Of a stretch of 64,000 nucleotides of DNA, positions 8,090 to 17,915 are shown in pieces (within the stretch, counting starts at the first letter, position 1; each line of letters starts with the position of its first letter). Below the pieces are notes generated by a model that was not told the DNA's origin, ran no database searches, and saw only the letters and a list, made by a program, of their open reading frames with translations. The stretch is taken from positions 32,001 to 96,000 of the forward strand of contig JBEKCB010000002.1 in the NCBI GenBank assembly GCA_050015075.1. Direction: 5' to 3'. The translations under genes and the position numbers were made by a program. This DNA is from Candidatus Brocadiia bacterium. GTDB lineage: Bacteria > Planctomycetota > Brocadiia > CAIUPP01.

Positions 8090-11000
8090 ATGGTTAGCCG
8101 CATCATAGATTTCTGCGCGCGGAACAGGTTCCTCGTCATCGTCCTGACGGCGGCGGCGGTGGCGCTCGGGGTTTACTGTCTGCTGCACATCCCGCTCGAT
8201 GCGGTGCCGGACCTCTCGGACACGCAGGTCATCATCTACTCGCGCTGGGACCGCAGCCCGGACGTGATCGAGGACCAGGTGACGTACCCGATCGTGTCGG
8301 CGATGCTCGGCACGCCGCGCGTCAAGGCGATCCGCGGATTCTCCGATTTCGGCTTCTCGTATGTCTATGTCATCTTCCAGGACGGGACGGACCTGTATTG
8401 GGCGCGCAGCCGGACGCTCGAATACCTAAGCAAAATCCAGCCGCGCCTGCCGGAGGGCGTGCGCACGGAACTCGGCCCGGACGCGACCGCCGTCGGCTGG
8501 GTTTACGAATACTCGGTCGTGGACCGGAGCGGCCAGAATAACCTGGCGCAGTTGCGCTCGTTCCAGGACTGGCGCCTGCGCTACTGGCTCCAGAGCGTGC
8601 CGGGCGTCGCCGAGGTCGCCTCGATCGGCGGATTCCAGAAGCAGTACCAGGTGAATCTCGATCCGGTCGCGCTCCAGGCGTACCATGTGCCGATTTCGAA
8701 AGTGGTGGATGCCCTCCGCGCGGGGAACAACGACGTGGGCGGACGGCTGGTGGAGATGTCCGGCGCGGAGTACATGGTGCGCGGACGCGGCTACGCCAAA
8801 TCGGTGAAAGACATCGAGGAGATCGCCGTCGGCGCGTCGCCGGAAGGCGTGCCGATCCTGGTGAAGAACCTCGGCCGCGTGGCGCTCGGGGCGGACATCC
8901 GCCGTGGCGTGGCCGACCTCGACGGCCAGGGCGACACGGTCGGCGGCATCGTGGTCATGCGCAGCGGCGAGAACGCCCTGTCCGTTATCCAGCGCGTGAA
9001 GGCCAAGTTCGAGGAGATCAAGCCCTCGCTGCCGCCGGGCGTCGAGATCGTGCCGACCTATGACCGCTCGCGGCTGATCCGCGAGTCCATCTCGACGCTG
9101 ACTGACGAACTGATCGCCGCGCTGATCATCGTCAGCATCGTCATCCTCATCTTCCTCTGGCACATCCCCTCGGCGATTGTGCCGATCATCACGATCCCCA
9201 TCGCGGCGTTGCTGGCGTTCATCCCGATGTACCTGCTCGGCGTGACCGCGAACATCATGTCGCTAGCCGGCATCGCCGTCTCGATCGGCGTCCTGGTGGA
9301 TGGAGCGATCGTCGAGGTCGAGAACGCGTACAAGAAACTGGAGCTATGGGTGGAAGGCGGGCGCGTCGGCGATTTTCACGAAGTGCGCCTCCGCGCGCTC
9401 AAGGAGGTCGGCCCGTCGGTCTTCTTCTCGCTGCTGGTGATCGCGGTGGCGTTCATCCCGATCTTCGCCCTCGAGGACCAGGAAGGCCGCCTCTTCAAGC
9501 CGCTGGCCTATACCAAGACCTTCACGATGGCCATCGCCGCGCTGCTGGCGGTCACGCTCGACCCGGCGGTGCGGATGCTCTTCGCGCGGATGGACTGGGT
9601 CCACTTCCGGCCGGGATGGATGTCGTGGATTTTCAACCAGGTCACCGTCGGGCGATACTACCGCGAGGAGAAGCACCCGGTCAGCCGCGTTCTCTTCCGC
9701 CTGTACGAAGGCCCCTGCCGCTTCGTCATCCGGCACCGCGTCGCGACCGTGATCGTGGCGGCCCTGCTCGTGCTGCTGACGATCCCGGTCTATCTCAGCC
9801 TCGGCAGCGAGTTCATGCCGCCGCTCTGGGAAGGCGACCTGCTCTACATGCCGACGACGCTGCCGGGCCTCTCGGTCACGGAGGCGCAGCGGCTGATGCA
9901 GCGGATGGACGAGGTGCTGATGACGGTCCCGGAAGTGGACCGCGTCTTCGGCAAGGCCGGCCGCGCCGAGACCTCGACCGACCCGGCGCCGTTCTCGATG
10001 ATGGAGACGACGATCCTGCTCAGGCCGCCGGCGCAGTGGCGGCCCAAGGAGCGCTGGTACTCGAACTGGCCGCGCTGGATGCAGGCGCCGTTCCGCCCGG
10101 TCTGGCCGGACCACATCAGCAAGGACGACCTGATCGCGGACATGAACGCGAAGATGCAGTTCGCGGGCGCGGCGAATGCCTGGACCATGCCGATCCAGAC
10201 GCGCATTGACATGCTCAGCACCGGCGTCCGCACGCCGATCGGGATCAAGGTTCTCGGCGGCGACCCGAAGCAGATCGAGGACATCGGCACACGGATCGAA
10301 TCGGTCCTCAAGAACCAGCCGGGTATCCGCAGCGTGTATGCCGAACGCGCGGCGAGCGGCTTCTTCCTGGATTTCGAGCTGCGGCGCGACCGCCTGGCGC
10401 GCTATGGGCTTTCCATCGGCGATGCGGAGATGGTGATCACCTCCGCCATCGGCGGCGAGACGGTGACGACCACCGTCGAGGGCCGCGAGCGCTACGGCGT
10501 GAACGTCCGCTACGCGCGCGAGCTGCGCGACGACCTGCCCGCGCTGCGCCGCGTCCTCGTCCCGACGCCCTCGGGCGCACAGGTCCCGCTCGAGGAACTG
10601 GCGGAGCTGCGGCTCGTCCAGGGGCCCGGAATGATCCGCGACGAGAACGGCATGCTCGCCGGCTACGTCTACGTGGACACCGCCGAGAGCGACATCGGCG
10701 GCTTCGTCGGCCGCATCAAGGCCGTCGTGGACCGCGAGATCCATCCGCCGGTGGGCTGCTCGCTCCAGTGGAGCGGCCAATATGAAAACATGCTCCGCGT
10801 CAAGCAGCGCATGCGGGTCGTCGTCCCGATCACGCTCTTCCTGATCTTCGTGCTGCTCTACATGAACACGAAGTCGCTTTTCAAGGCGCTGCTCGTCATG
10901 TTGGCCGTGCCGTTCTCGGCCATCGGCGCCATCGGGCTGCTCTACGTGCTGGGCTACAATATCTCGATCGCGGTCTGGGTCGGGCTGATCGCGCTGCTGG

Positions 11001-11380
11001 GGCTGGACGCGGAGACCGGCGTCTTTATGCTCCTCTTCCTGGACCTTTCCTACCACGAGCGCGTGCGCCAGGGAAAGATGAAGAGCTTCGAGGACCTGAC
11101 CGAGGCGGTCGTTTACGGAGCGGTGAAGCGCATCCGGCCCAAGATGATGACGGTCTGCGCCGCGATGGTCGGCCTGCTGCCGATCATGTGGTCGGCCGGC
11201 GCCGGCGCCGACATGATGAAGCGCGTCGCCGCGCCCCTCGTCGGCGGGCTGGCCACGAGCTTTATCCTGGAGCTGCTCGTCTATCCGGCGGCATACACGA
11301 TATGGAAGTGGCGGTTTGAGATGCGTCGCGGGAGCGCGCAATCGGCCTCGTCCGCGTCCTCGTCCTCGTCCTCGAATTGA
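8090..11380 (+). CDS. cusA: CusA/CzcA-family heavy-metal efflux RND permease
   Basis: 'DAVPDLSDTQVII', 'EDQVTYP', 'GSEFMPPLWEG', 'DPAPFSMMET', 'RIDMLSTG', 'RIRPKMMT'; 1096 aa. Confidence 0.95.
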   Translation: MVSRIIDFCARNRFLVIVLTAAAVALGVYCLLHIPLDAVPDLSDTQVIIYSRWDRSPDVIEDQVTYPIVSAMLGTPRVKAIRGFSDFGFSYVYVIFQDGTDLYWARSRTLEYLSKIQPRLPEGVRTELGPDATAVGWVYEYSVVDRSGQNNLAQLRSFQDWRLRYWLQSVPGVAEVASIGGFQKQYQVNLDPVALQAYHVPISKVVDALRAGNNDVGGRLVEMSGAEYMVRGRGYAKSVKDIEEIAVGASPEGVPILVKNLGRVALGADIRRGVADLDGQGDTVGGIVVMRSGENALSVIQRVKAKFEEIKPSLPPGVEIVPTYDRSRLIRESISTLTDELIAALIIVSIVILIFLWHIPSAIVPIITIPIAALLAFIPMYLLGVTANIMSLAGIAVSIGVLVDGAIVEVENAYKKLELWVEGGRVGDFHEVRLRALKEVGPSVFFSLLVIAVAFIPIFALEDQEGRLFKPLAYTKTFTMAIAALLAVTLDPAVRMLFARMDWVHFRPGWMSWIFNQVTVGRYYREEKHPVSRVLFRLYEGPCRFVIRHRVATVIVAALLVLLTIPVYLSLGSEFMPPLWEGDLLYMPTTLPGLSVTEAQRLMQRMDEVLMTVPEVDRVFGKAGRAETSTDPAPFSMMETTILLRPPAQWRPKERWYSNWPRWMQAPFRPVWPDHISKDDLIADMNAKMQFAGAANAWTMPIQTRIDMLSTGVRTPIGIKVLGGDPKQIEDIGTRIESVLKNQPGIRSVYAERAASGFFLDFELRRDRLARYGLSIGDAEMVITSAIGGETVTTTVEGRERYGVNVRYARELRDDLPALRRVLVPTPSGAQVPLEELAELRLVQGPGMIRDENGMLAGYVYVDTAESDIGGFVGRIKAVVDREIHPPVGCSLQWSGQYENMLRVKQRMRVVVPITLFLIFVLLYMNTKSLFKALLVMLAVPFSAIGAIGLLYVLGYNISIAVWVGLIALLGLDAETGVFMLLFLDLSYHERVRQGKMKSFEDLTEAVVYGAVKRIRPKMMTVCAAMVGLLPIMWSAGAGADMMKRVAAPLVGGLATSFILELLVYPAAYTIWKWRFEMRRGSAQSASSASSSSSSN

Positions 11381-11428
11381 TGTTCCGAACGGCCGAGGAC
11401 GAGGACGACGACGAGGACGAGTACGATT
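11340..11428. repeat. Inverted tandem-repeat element, 6-bp period, overlapping the cusA 3' end
   Basis: The left arm encodes the SASSASSSSSS tail; 11389-11428 is identical over 40 bp to 46237-46276. Confidence 0.85.
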
Positions 11429-11490
11429 GGGGCAGCACTTTCCAGCCTTTCGCGGGTTATGATACACTCACTGTCTGAGGCCAAGAACCC

Positions 11491-12825
11491 ATGAACGCTT
11501 TCAAACGAGTTCTGTTTCCGCTCGCGCTGGTGGCGCTGGCCGGCTGCGCCCTGCGCCCCGCGGGCGAGGACGCCGAGCGGCAGCGCGCCGCCGAGGAGGG
11601 CCGGCCGTTCACCGATACGGTCGTTCTGCCGATTCTTCCGGAGAACCCGACGCCGGAGGAGTATCTGCATTTCGCCTTTCTCCGCAACGCCGACCTCCAC
11701 CGGCGCTATTGGGAATGGCGCGCCGCCATCGAGCGCATCCCGCAGGATTCCAGCTTCCCGAACGTCGCGCTCCCGTTCAGCGTCCTGTTCAGCGGCGGGA
11801 AGCAAAAGCTCTGGGACCGGACCACGCTGGGCATCAGCAACGATCCGATGAGCGACATTCCCTTCCCGACGAAGCTCTCGACCGCCGGACGGAAGGCGCT
11901 CCAGGAGGCGCGCGCGGCCGGCCTGCGCTTCGAGGCGGCCAAGTTCCTTCTCCAGTTGCGCGTACTATCCGCCTGCGACGACCTGGCGCTGCTCGCCGAG
12001 ACGATCCGCCTCCGGCAGGCCGACGCGGAACTCCTCCGCCTGATAGTTCGCCTGGCGGCGGTGCGCGCGCAGACCGGCGGCGGACAGCCGGATATCCTCC
12101 GGGCCCAGACATCGCTCGACATGACCGAGAACGACCTGGCTAATCTGCGGACGCAAGTCGCGGGAGTCGCCGCGAAGCTCAACGCGCTCCTCGGGCGTCC
12201 CGCGACCGATCCGGTGCCGCTCCCGACGAGCCTGCCGCCTCTGCGGCCGCTGCCGGTGGCCGACGCGGACCTGATCCGCCTCGCCTCGGAGCGCAGCCCC
12301 GCGCTGCAGGCGCTCGCTCGCGAAGTCGCCGGCAAAGAGGAGGCGCTCTCGCTGGCGAAGCAGGCCTATCTCCCGGACTTCGGCCTGTCGCTCAGCGTCA
12401 CCGGCAGCGTCGCGCAGACGCTCGGCGGCATGCTCGTGCTGCCCACGCGCCTGGAGGCGATCCGCGCCGGCATCGAGGAAGCGCGCGCCAACCTCCAGGC
12501 CGCCGCGGCCGCGCGCACGCAGTACGAGCGCGACCTCGCCGCCAGTTTCGTGCTCAACCTCTATGCCCTGCGCAACGACGACCGCCAGATCAAGCTGTTC
12601 GACGAGACCATCATCCCGCGCGCCCGGCAGATGATCGAGCTGGCTCAGAACTCCTATTCGACCGGTCAGCTCCCGTTTGCGGACCTCGTCGAAGCGGAAC
12701 GCGAACTGCTCAACGCGCGGCTGGTCACCGCTCAACTCGTCGTAGAGCGCGACAAGGCCCTCCTCGCCATCGAGTCCTGGTCCGCCGTGGACGCGGAAGC
12801 GATGAAGCCGAGAATAGCTGAGTAA
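11491..12825 (+). CDS. TolC-family outer-membrane efflux lipoprotein (CusC-like)
   Basis: Lipobox LAGC, 'IPFPTKL', helical OEP repeats, 'YSTGQLPFADLVEA'; follows cusBA. Confidence 0.8.
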   Translation: MNAFKRVLFPLALVALAGCALRPAGEDAERQRAAEEGRPFTDTVVLPILPENPTPEEYLHFAFLRNADLHRRYWEWRAAIERIPQDSSFPNVALPFSVLFSGGKQKLWDRTTLGISNDPMSDIPFPTKLSTAGRKALQEARAAGLRFEAAKFLLQLRVLSACDDLALLAETIRLRQADAELLRLIVRLAAVRAQTGGGQPDILRAQTSLDMTENDLANLRTQVAGVAAKLNALLGRPATDPVPLPTSLPPLRPLPVADADLIRLASERSPALQALAREVAGKEEALSLAKQAYLPDFGLSLSVTGSVAQTLGGMLVLPTRLEAIRAGIEEARANLQAAAAARTQYERDLAASFVLNLYALRNDDRQIKLFDETIIPRARQMIELAQNSYSTGQLPFADLVEAERELLNARLVTAQLVVERDKALLAIESWSAVDAEAMKPRIAE

Positions 12826-12827
12826 GG

Positions 12828-12909
12828 AATATCCAATTTCCAAGTTCCAATTTCCAACTGCGCAGCATCCGGTACTAATTGGATATTGGAAATTGGGATT
12901 TGGAAATTG
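12828..12909. repeat. Inverted tandem-repeat element, 7-bp period (AATTTCC family)
   Basis: aatatccaatttccaagttccaatttccaa (12828-12857) / ttggatattggaaattgggatttggaaattg (12879-12909). Confidence 0.85.
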
Positions 12910-12947
12910 CTGAATGTCCTGGCGGCAGCGCAGGATTTCGGAGTCCG

Positions 12948-15299
12948 ATGACAACCCATTATTCTCTGCCGGTTCGGACGCCGCGGGGTCTCAGAATACG
13001 ACTCGTCGTTCTGCCGGCGCTCGTCGCGGTTCTTCTGGCGATGGCAGGCTGCGGCTTCTTCAGTCCGTTGCCGCAGAGGTGCACGGTAGCCGAGCGCGTG
13101 CAGGCCTTCCCGACCGGCCGCCTTCCCATCCGCGAGCCGGTCCGGCTCTACTGGGACTCGCACCTGATCCCGTTTATCGAGGCGCAGCGCGACGACGACC
13201 TGGCGTTCGTCCTCGGCATGGTGCATGCGCATCTGCGGCTGGGGCAGATGGAGATGATGCGCCACATCTCGCAGGGCCGTCTCGCGGAGATGCTCGGACC
13301 GTCCGCGGTCCCGATGGACTATTCGCTGCGCATCCTCAACGTCGGCCGCGCCTCCGCCGAAATCTACCGTGCGATGCCGCCGGAAACCCGCCTCTGGCTC
13401 GACGAGTTCGTCCGCGGCGTCAACTTCTACCAGGGCCGTCTGCGCGAACTGCCGCTCGAGTTCAAGGTGATGGGCCTCGGCCGCGAGCGCTGGACGCCGG
13501 AGGACATCATCACGATGGAGCGTTTCGCCGGCGTGGACGTCAACTGGATCACCGAGTTCCTGCTGCTGCCGATCCGCGGCAAGCCGTACTACCGCGAAGT
13601 CTTCGAGAAATTCCGCGCCGCCGGCGCCGCTTCACTGCCCTCGTTTGCCGGACCGGACGCGACGGTGTCGCTCGCCGGCGCGCTCGGCGGCCTGAGCCGG
13701 TCGGGCAGCAACGCCCTGGCCGTCTCCGGCGGACGCAGCGCCACCGGCGGCGCGATCCTCGCCAACGATCCGCACGTCGCGATCATGATCCCGAACAGTT
13801 GGATCATCGTCGGCTGCCGTTCGCCCTCGTATCACACCATCGGCATGATGTTCCCCGGCGTCCCGTTCGTCGCCATCGGCCGCAACGAGCACGTCGCGTG
13901 GGGCGGCACCAACATGCGCGCGGCTTCGAGCGACCTCTACGATCTCTCCGCCGAGCCTCCCGGAACGATCACGCCGCGGCAGGAGACGGTCCGCGTGCGG
14001 TGGTGGTTCAACCGCAGAGTCACCGTGCGCGAATCGCCCCTCGGGCCGGTCATCAGCGACTCGCCGACGCTGGCCGGCTACCGCGGCTCGCCGCTGGCGC
14101 TGCGCTGGGTCGGCTACGAGCCGACCGACGAGTTCACCGCGGTCCTCAAGGCCAACCGCGCGCGGAACTGGGACGAGTTCCGCGAGGCCTTCCGCGATTA
14201 CGGAATCCCCGGGATGAACGTCCTGTTCGCCGACGACCGCGGCGACATCGGGCAGATCATGGCTGTCCGCGCTCCGGTCCGGCCCGACGCGGCGCCGGAG
14301 GACGTGGTGCTGAACCCGGCCGATCCGGCCTGCCTGTGGCAGGGCTTCAAGGGGCCTTGCGATCTGCCGCAGGGATGGAATCCGCCGGCCGGCTTCCTGG
14401 CCTCGTGCAACAACCTGCCGGCGCGGTCGAATCCGGCGGTCGGCTGGCTCTTCTCGTCGAACGACCGCGTCGCGCGGACCGGCGCGCTGCTCGGCGCGAC
14501 GGGGAAAGTGTCGCTCGACCAGGTGAAGGCCGTTCAGGCCGACGTTTATTCCGCCAGCGACTTCACCCTGCGCGACCTCTTCCTGCGCCGCATCGCCGCC
14601 TGCGGCCTGCAGGAGGAACTCGACCGCCGCCACCCGCAATTCATGGCGGCCCTCGCCGGCTGGGACGGCTACTACGATGCGGACTCAGCCGGCGCGGTGG
14701 CGTTCCAGGCATTGCTCTATCACTTCGCCGACGCGTACTACTCGAAGCGCTACGACAAGCCCATGGCGCAGATGCTCCTGAAATCCGCCTTCGCGCGCGA
14801 GTTCCTCACGAGCGACCTGGCGGAGCCGCCTTCGCCGAACGCCTCGCCGGTGGACCAGCCCGCCGAGATGTGCGCCCTGCTCCGGGACGCGGTCGCCCGA
14901 GCGGCGGAATCCGCAAAGCCGTTCCGCAACTGGGGCGAGATGCACCGCCTTGAGATTGCGCACATCTTCAGCGCGGTCCCGTACATCGGCGGTAAATACC
15001 GCCTGGCGGACTATCCGGCGGCCGGCGCGAATGAAACGCTCTGGAAAACCGCCCACCCGCTGACCGCCTGGAAGAATTCCGCCACCTACGGCGCGGTCGC
15101 GCGCGCGATCATGGACCTCTCGGACGCGGAGGAAAACTACTTCGTTCTTCTCGGCGGCCAGGACGGCCGGCTCCGCAGCGACGCCACGCTCGACCAGGTC
15201 CCGCTCTGGCTCAGCCGGCAATACATCAAAGTGCCGCTGTCGGCGGAGTCCGTCCGGAAGAGCTTCGAGTTCAGCGTGGAGTTGACGCCCGACCGGTGA
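12948..15299 (+). CDS. Penicillin acylase / peptidase S45 family Ntn-hydrolase, probable lipoprotein
   Basis: 'QGRLAEMLG', autocleavage site 'SG|SNALAVSG', 'ILANDPH', 'GRNEHVAWGGTN', 'WGEMH'; lipobox MAGC. Confidence 0.88.
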   Translation: MTTHYSLPVRTPRGLRIRLVVLPALVAVLLAMAGCGFFSPLPQRCTVAERVQAFPTGRLPIREPVRLYWDSHLIPFIEAQRDDDLAFVLGMVHAHLRLGQMEMMRHISQGRLAEMLGPSAVPMDYSLRILNVGRASAEIYRAMPPETRLWLDEFVRGVNFYQGRLRELPLEFKVMGLGRERWTPEDIITMERFAGVDVNWITEFLLLPIRGKPYYREVFEKFRAAGAASLPSFAGPDATVSLAGALGGLSRSGSNALAVSGGRSATGGAILANDPHVAIMIPNSWIIVGCRSPSYHTIGMMFPGVPFVAIGRNEHVAWGGTNMRAASSDLYDLSAEPPGTITPRQETVRVRWWFNRRVTVRESPLGPVISDSPTLAGYRGSPLALRWVGYEPTDEFTAVLKANRARNWDEFREAFRDYGIPGMNVLFADDRGDIGQIMAVRAPVRPDAAPEDVVLNPADPACLWQGFKGPCDLPQGWNPPAGFLASCNNLPARSNPAVGWLFSSNDRVARTGALLGATGKVSLDQVKAVQADVYSASDFTLRDLFLRRIAACGLQEELDRRHPQFMAALAGWDGYYDADSAGAVAFQALLYHFADAYYSKRYDKPMAQMLLKSAFAREFLTSDLAEPPSPNASPVDQPAEMCALLRDAVARAAESAKPFRNWGEMHRLEIAHIFSAVPYIGGKYRLADYPAAGANETLWKTAHPLTAWKNSATYGAVARAIMDLSDAEENYFVLLGGQDGRLRSDATLDQVPLWLSRQYIKVPLSAESVRKSFEFSVELTPDR

Positions 15300-15315
15300 G
15301 GAGGCGCCTTGCGAC

Positions 15316-15720
15316 TTACGCCTGTGCCAGCACCGCCTCGAACGGCCGGCTGCCCAGCAGGACGCCGTTGCAGTAGAAGTCGCAGGAATAGCGTCCCGGC
15401 GCGGGCAGCGGCAGGTTCTGGATGTTGAAGGCCAGCTCCACGACCGCCAGCGGGTTGGGGAACTCGATTGTGCCGGAGAGTTGCACCTGCGGCGGATCCT
15501 CGGCATCCGCCTCCTTGCGCACTATCTTCAACTGCCCCGACGCCTTGCCGTGGCCGTCCGTCAGCGAGATGAAGACCTGCAACTGCGGATGCGTGCAGGG
15601 GAAGCCCTTCGTCGAGATGCGGCTGAACAGCCCGATCAGGCTGTGCTTCCGCGTCGTCAGGTCCTGGATGACCTGGTCGCAGATGAGGAGCGCCAGCAAC
15701 GTCGGCGGCGGCTGATCCAA
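15316..15720 (-). CDS. Conserved hypothetical protein (DUF6941-like beta-sandwich)
   Basis: 'ALLICDQVIQDLTTRKHSLIGLF...LPAPGRY' pattern; TTG start. Confidence 0.6.
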   Translation of the reverse strand: MDQPPPTLLALLICDQVIQDLTTRKHSLIGLFSRISTKGFPCTHPQLQVFISLTDGHGKASGQLKIVRKEADAEDPPQVQLSGTIEFPNPLAVVELAFNIQNLPLPAPGRYSCDFYCNGVLLGSRPFEAVLAQA

Positions 15721-15788
15721 CGCGGGCCTCCCTTTCTGGGCATCCGCTTCTTCGCGCCACTCCTGCGCCGCGGAGATCCGGGCGAACT

Positions 15789-17042
15789 CTACGGATAGAT
15801 TCCGCGGATCCGCGTCGCCTCAGCCACGCGCGACACGGCCAGCGAGAGCGCGGCCTGGCGCAGCGAGCACTTCTCCTGGTCGGCGCGCTTCTGGACGTCG
15901 TGATAGGCGCGCTGCATCACGTCGCGCAGTTCGAGGTTGACCTCGCGCTCGCTCCAGAAATAGGACTGGAGGCTCTGCACCCACTCGAAGTAGCTGACGG
16001 TGACGCCGCCGGCGTTGGCCAGGATGTCGGGCAGGACGGCGATGCCGCGCGATTCGAGGATGGCGTCGGCGTCGGGAGTCGTCGGGCCGTTGGCGGCTTC
16101 GGCGACCACGCGCGCCTTGAGCTTCTTCGCGATGGGCGCGGTGATCTGGTTTTCGAGCGCCGCGGGGACGAGGACGTCGCACGAGGTCGTCAGCAGTTCC
16201 TCGGTGCTGATCTTCGCGCTGCCGGGGAATCCGACGACGCTGCCGGTCTTCTGCTTGTGCTTGAGGACGGCGACCGGGTCGAGCCCCTTGGGATTGATGA
16301 TGCCGCCGCGCGAGTCGTTGACGGCCAGGATCGTATAGCCGACTTCGTTGAGCAGCCGGGCGGCGATGGCGCCGGCGTTGCCGAAGCCCTGCACGACGGC
16401 GGTCGGATCGTTCAGCGGGATGCCGTATCGCTTCGAGGCGGCCTGGATGACGAACAGGCATCCGCGCGCGGTGGCCTCGTTGCGGCCGAGCGATCCGCCG
16501 ATCGAGAGCGGCTTGCCGGTGGTGACGCCCGGCACGCTGTAGCCCAGGTTCATGCTGTACGTGTCCATCAGCCACGCCATGGTCTGCGCGTTGGTGTTGA
16601 CGTCGGGCGCGGGGATGTCGCGCTCGGGGCCGATGATCGGCAGGATTTCGCTGGTGTAGCGGCGGGTCATGCGCTCGAGTTCGCCCAGGGACATCTTCTT
16701 CGGATCGCAGATCACGCCGCCCTTCGCTCCGCCGTACGGGATGCCGACGACGGCGCACTTCCACGTCATCCACATCGCCAGCGCCTTGACTTCGTCCAGG
16801 GTCACGCCCGGATGATAGCGGATGCCGCCCTTGCCGGGGCCGCGGGTGAGGTTGTGCTGCACGCGGAAGCCCTCGAAGACGCGCACGGAGCCGTCATCCA
16901 TCTTGGTCGGAATGGAGACGCAGAGGATGCGGCGCGGATGGGCCAGAACCGCATGGAGGTCGTCATCGAGGTGCGTGCGCTTGGCCACGTCGGCCAACTG
17001 CCTCAGCGCCATTTCCCAGGGATTCCAAGTCTTGGTGGGCAT
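15789..17042 (-). CDS. gdhA: Glu/Leu/Phe/Val dehydrogenase (glutamate dehydrogenase)
   Basis: 'GPGKGGIRY', 'MTWKCAV...GGAKGG', 'DIPAPDVNT', 'QGFGNAG', 'EAANGP', 'NAGGVTVSYFEW'. Confidence 0.92.
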   Translation of the reverse strand: MPTKTWNPWEMALRQLADVAKRTHLDDDLHAVLAHPRRILCVSIPTKMDDGSVRVFEGFRVQHNLTRGPGKGGIRYHPGVTLDEVKALAMWMTWKCAVVGIPYGGAKGGVICDPKKMSLGELERMTRRYTSEILPIIGPERDIPAPDVNTNAQTMAWLMDTYSMNLGYSVPGVTTGKPLSIGGSLGRNEATARGCLFVIQAASKRYGIPLNDPTAVVQGFGNAGAIAARLLNEVGYTILAVNDSRGGIINPKGLDPVAVLKHKQKTGSVVGFPGSAKISTEELLTTSCDVLVPAALENQITAPIAKKLKARVVAEAANGPTTPDADAILESRGIAVLPDILANAGGVTVSYFEWVQSLQSYFWSEREVNLELRDVMQRAYHDVQKRADQEKCSLRQAALSLAVSRVAEATRIRGIYP

Positions 17043-17070
17043 TTCAGGTCTCCTTGCCAGGTGTATGGAT

Positions 17071-17424
17071 TCAGGCGATCGCGGTGTGACCGGTCTCGCC
17101 GGTCCCGATGCGGATGGCATCCTCGACGGGGAGGATGAAGATTTTCCCGGCGCCGACCGTGCCGGTGCGGGCCAGTTTTGTGATCAGGACCACGGCGGCA
17201 TCCACCATGTCCTCCGGCACGATGATCTCGAGCTTCAACTTGGGCAGGAACTTGATCTCAGGCTTGGGCGCGGCTTGTCCGCGGTGCTTCACCACCTGTC
17301 CGCGCTGCCGGCCGAACCCGCGCACTTCGGTCACGCTCATCCCGTCCACGCCCAGTTCCACCAGCGCCTGCGTCAACGGCTCCAGCTTGAACGGCTGGAT
17401 GTAGCACTCGATCTTCCTGAGCAT
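17071..17424 (-). CDS. glnB: P-II family nitrogen regulator
   Basis: 'PFKLE', 'GFGRQRG', 'FLPKLKLE', 'RTGTVGAGKIFILPVEDAIRIGTGE'; the T-loop lacks Tyr51. glnB versus glnK cannot be resolved. Confidence 0.85.
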   Translation of the reverse strand: MLRKIECYIQPFKLEPLTQALVELGVDGMSVTEVRGFGRQRGQVVKHRGQAAPKPEIKFLPKLKLEIIVPEDMVDAAVVLITKLARTGTVGAGKIFILPVEDAIRIGTGETGHTAIA

Positions 17425-17600
17425 CGCGCGATCCTTTCAAGAAGTCCGGTTTCCCCAATTGGGCGACATTACCTAGCGCACTTTATCACACAGCTTGGGG
17501 GAACTCAAGCTTCCGATTGCCCTTGCGACGGCGGAGGGAAAATGGTAGGCAAGACGTTGAAATAACCTTGCGAGGTCGCCTGTCAACGGAGGGCTGGGTC

Positions 17601-17903
17601 ATGGCGGAGTTCACTAACGTGCTGCTCGCGCGGACGATGATCGAGGCGCGGATTGCGGAGGCCGCGCTTCAGGATGCGGGGATCGCGTGCGTCGTCGAGA
17701 ACTTTACCTCCGGCCCGTACGACGGCCTGTGGGTCTTGCAGCGCGGCTACGGGCGGATCCTGGTGCAACCCGAGGACGCGGAACGCGCGCGCGGGATTAT
17801 CGCGGAAGCGCTGGCCGCCGCTCCATTGCCGGAAGACGGCGCGGCGCCGGCGGACGACGAGGCGCCTGACGAAACGGAAGAACCCGAGGAACCCCGACAG
17901 TAG
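17601..17903 (+). CDS. DUF2007-like putative signal-transducing protein
   Basis: 'EARIAEAALQDAGIACVVE...RILVQPEDAERARGII' pattern with an acidic tail. Confidence 0.7.
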   Translation: MAEFTNVLLARTMIEARIAEAALQDAGIACVVENFTSGPYDGLWVLQRGYGRILVQPEDAERARGIIAEALAAAPLPEDGAAPADDEAPDETEEPEEPRQ

Positions 17904-17915
17904 AAAGAGCCTTCC

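Noticed and set aside
9344-11467. Long antisense or alternative-frame ORFs (e.g. 9344-11467, 6485-8188, 12914-14953, 36643-38682)
   Set aside because: They are shadows of well-supported genes in high-GC DNA, with no recognisable motifs.
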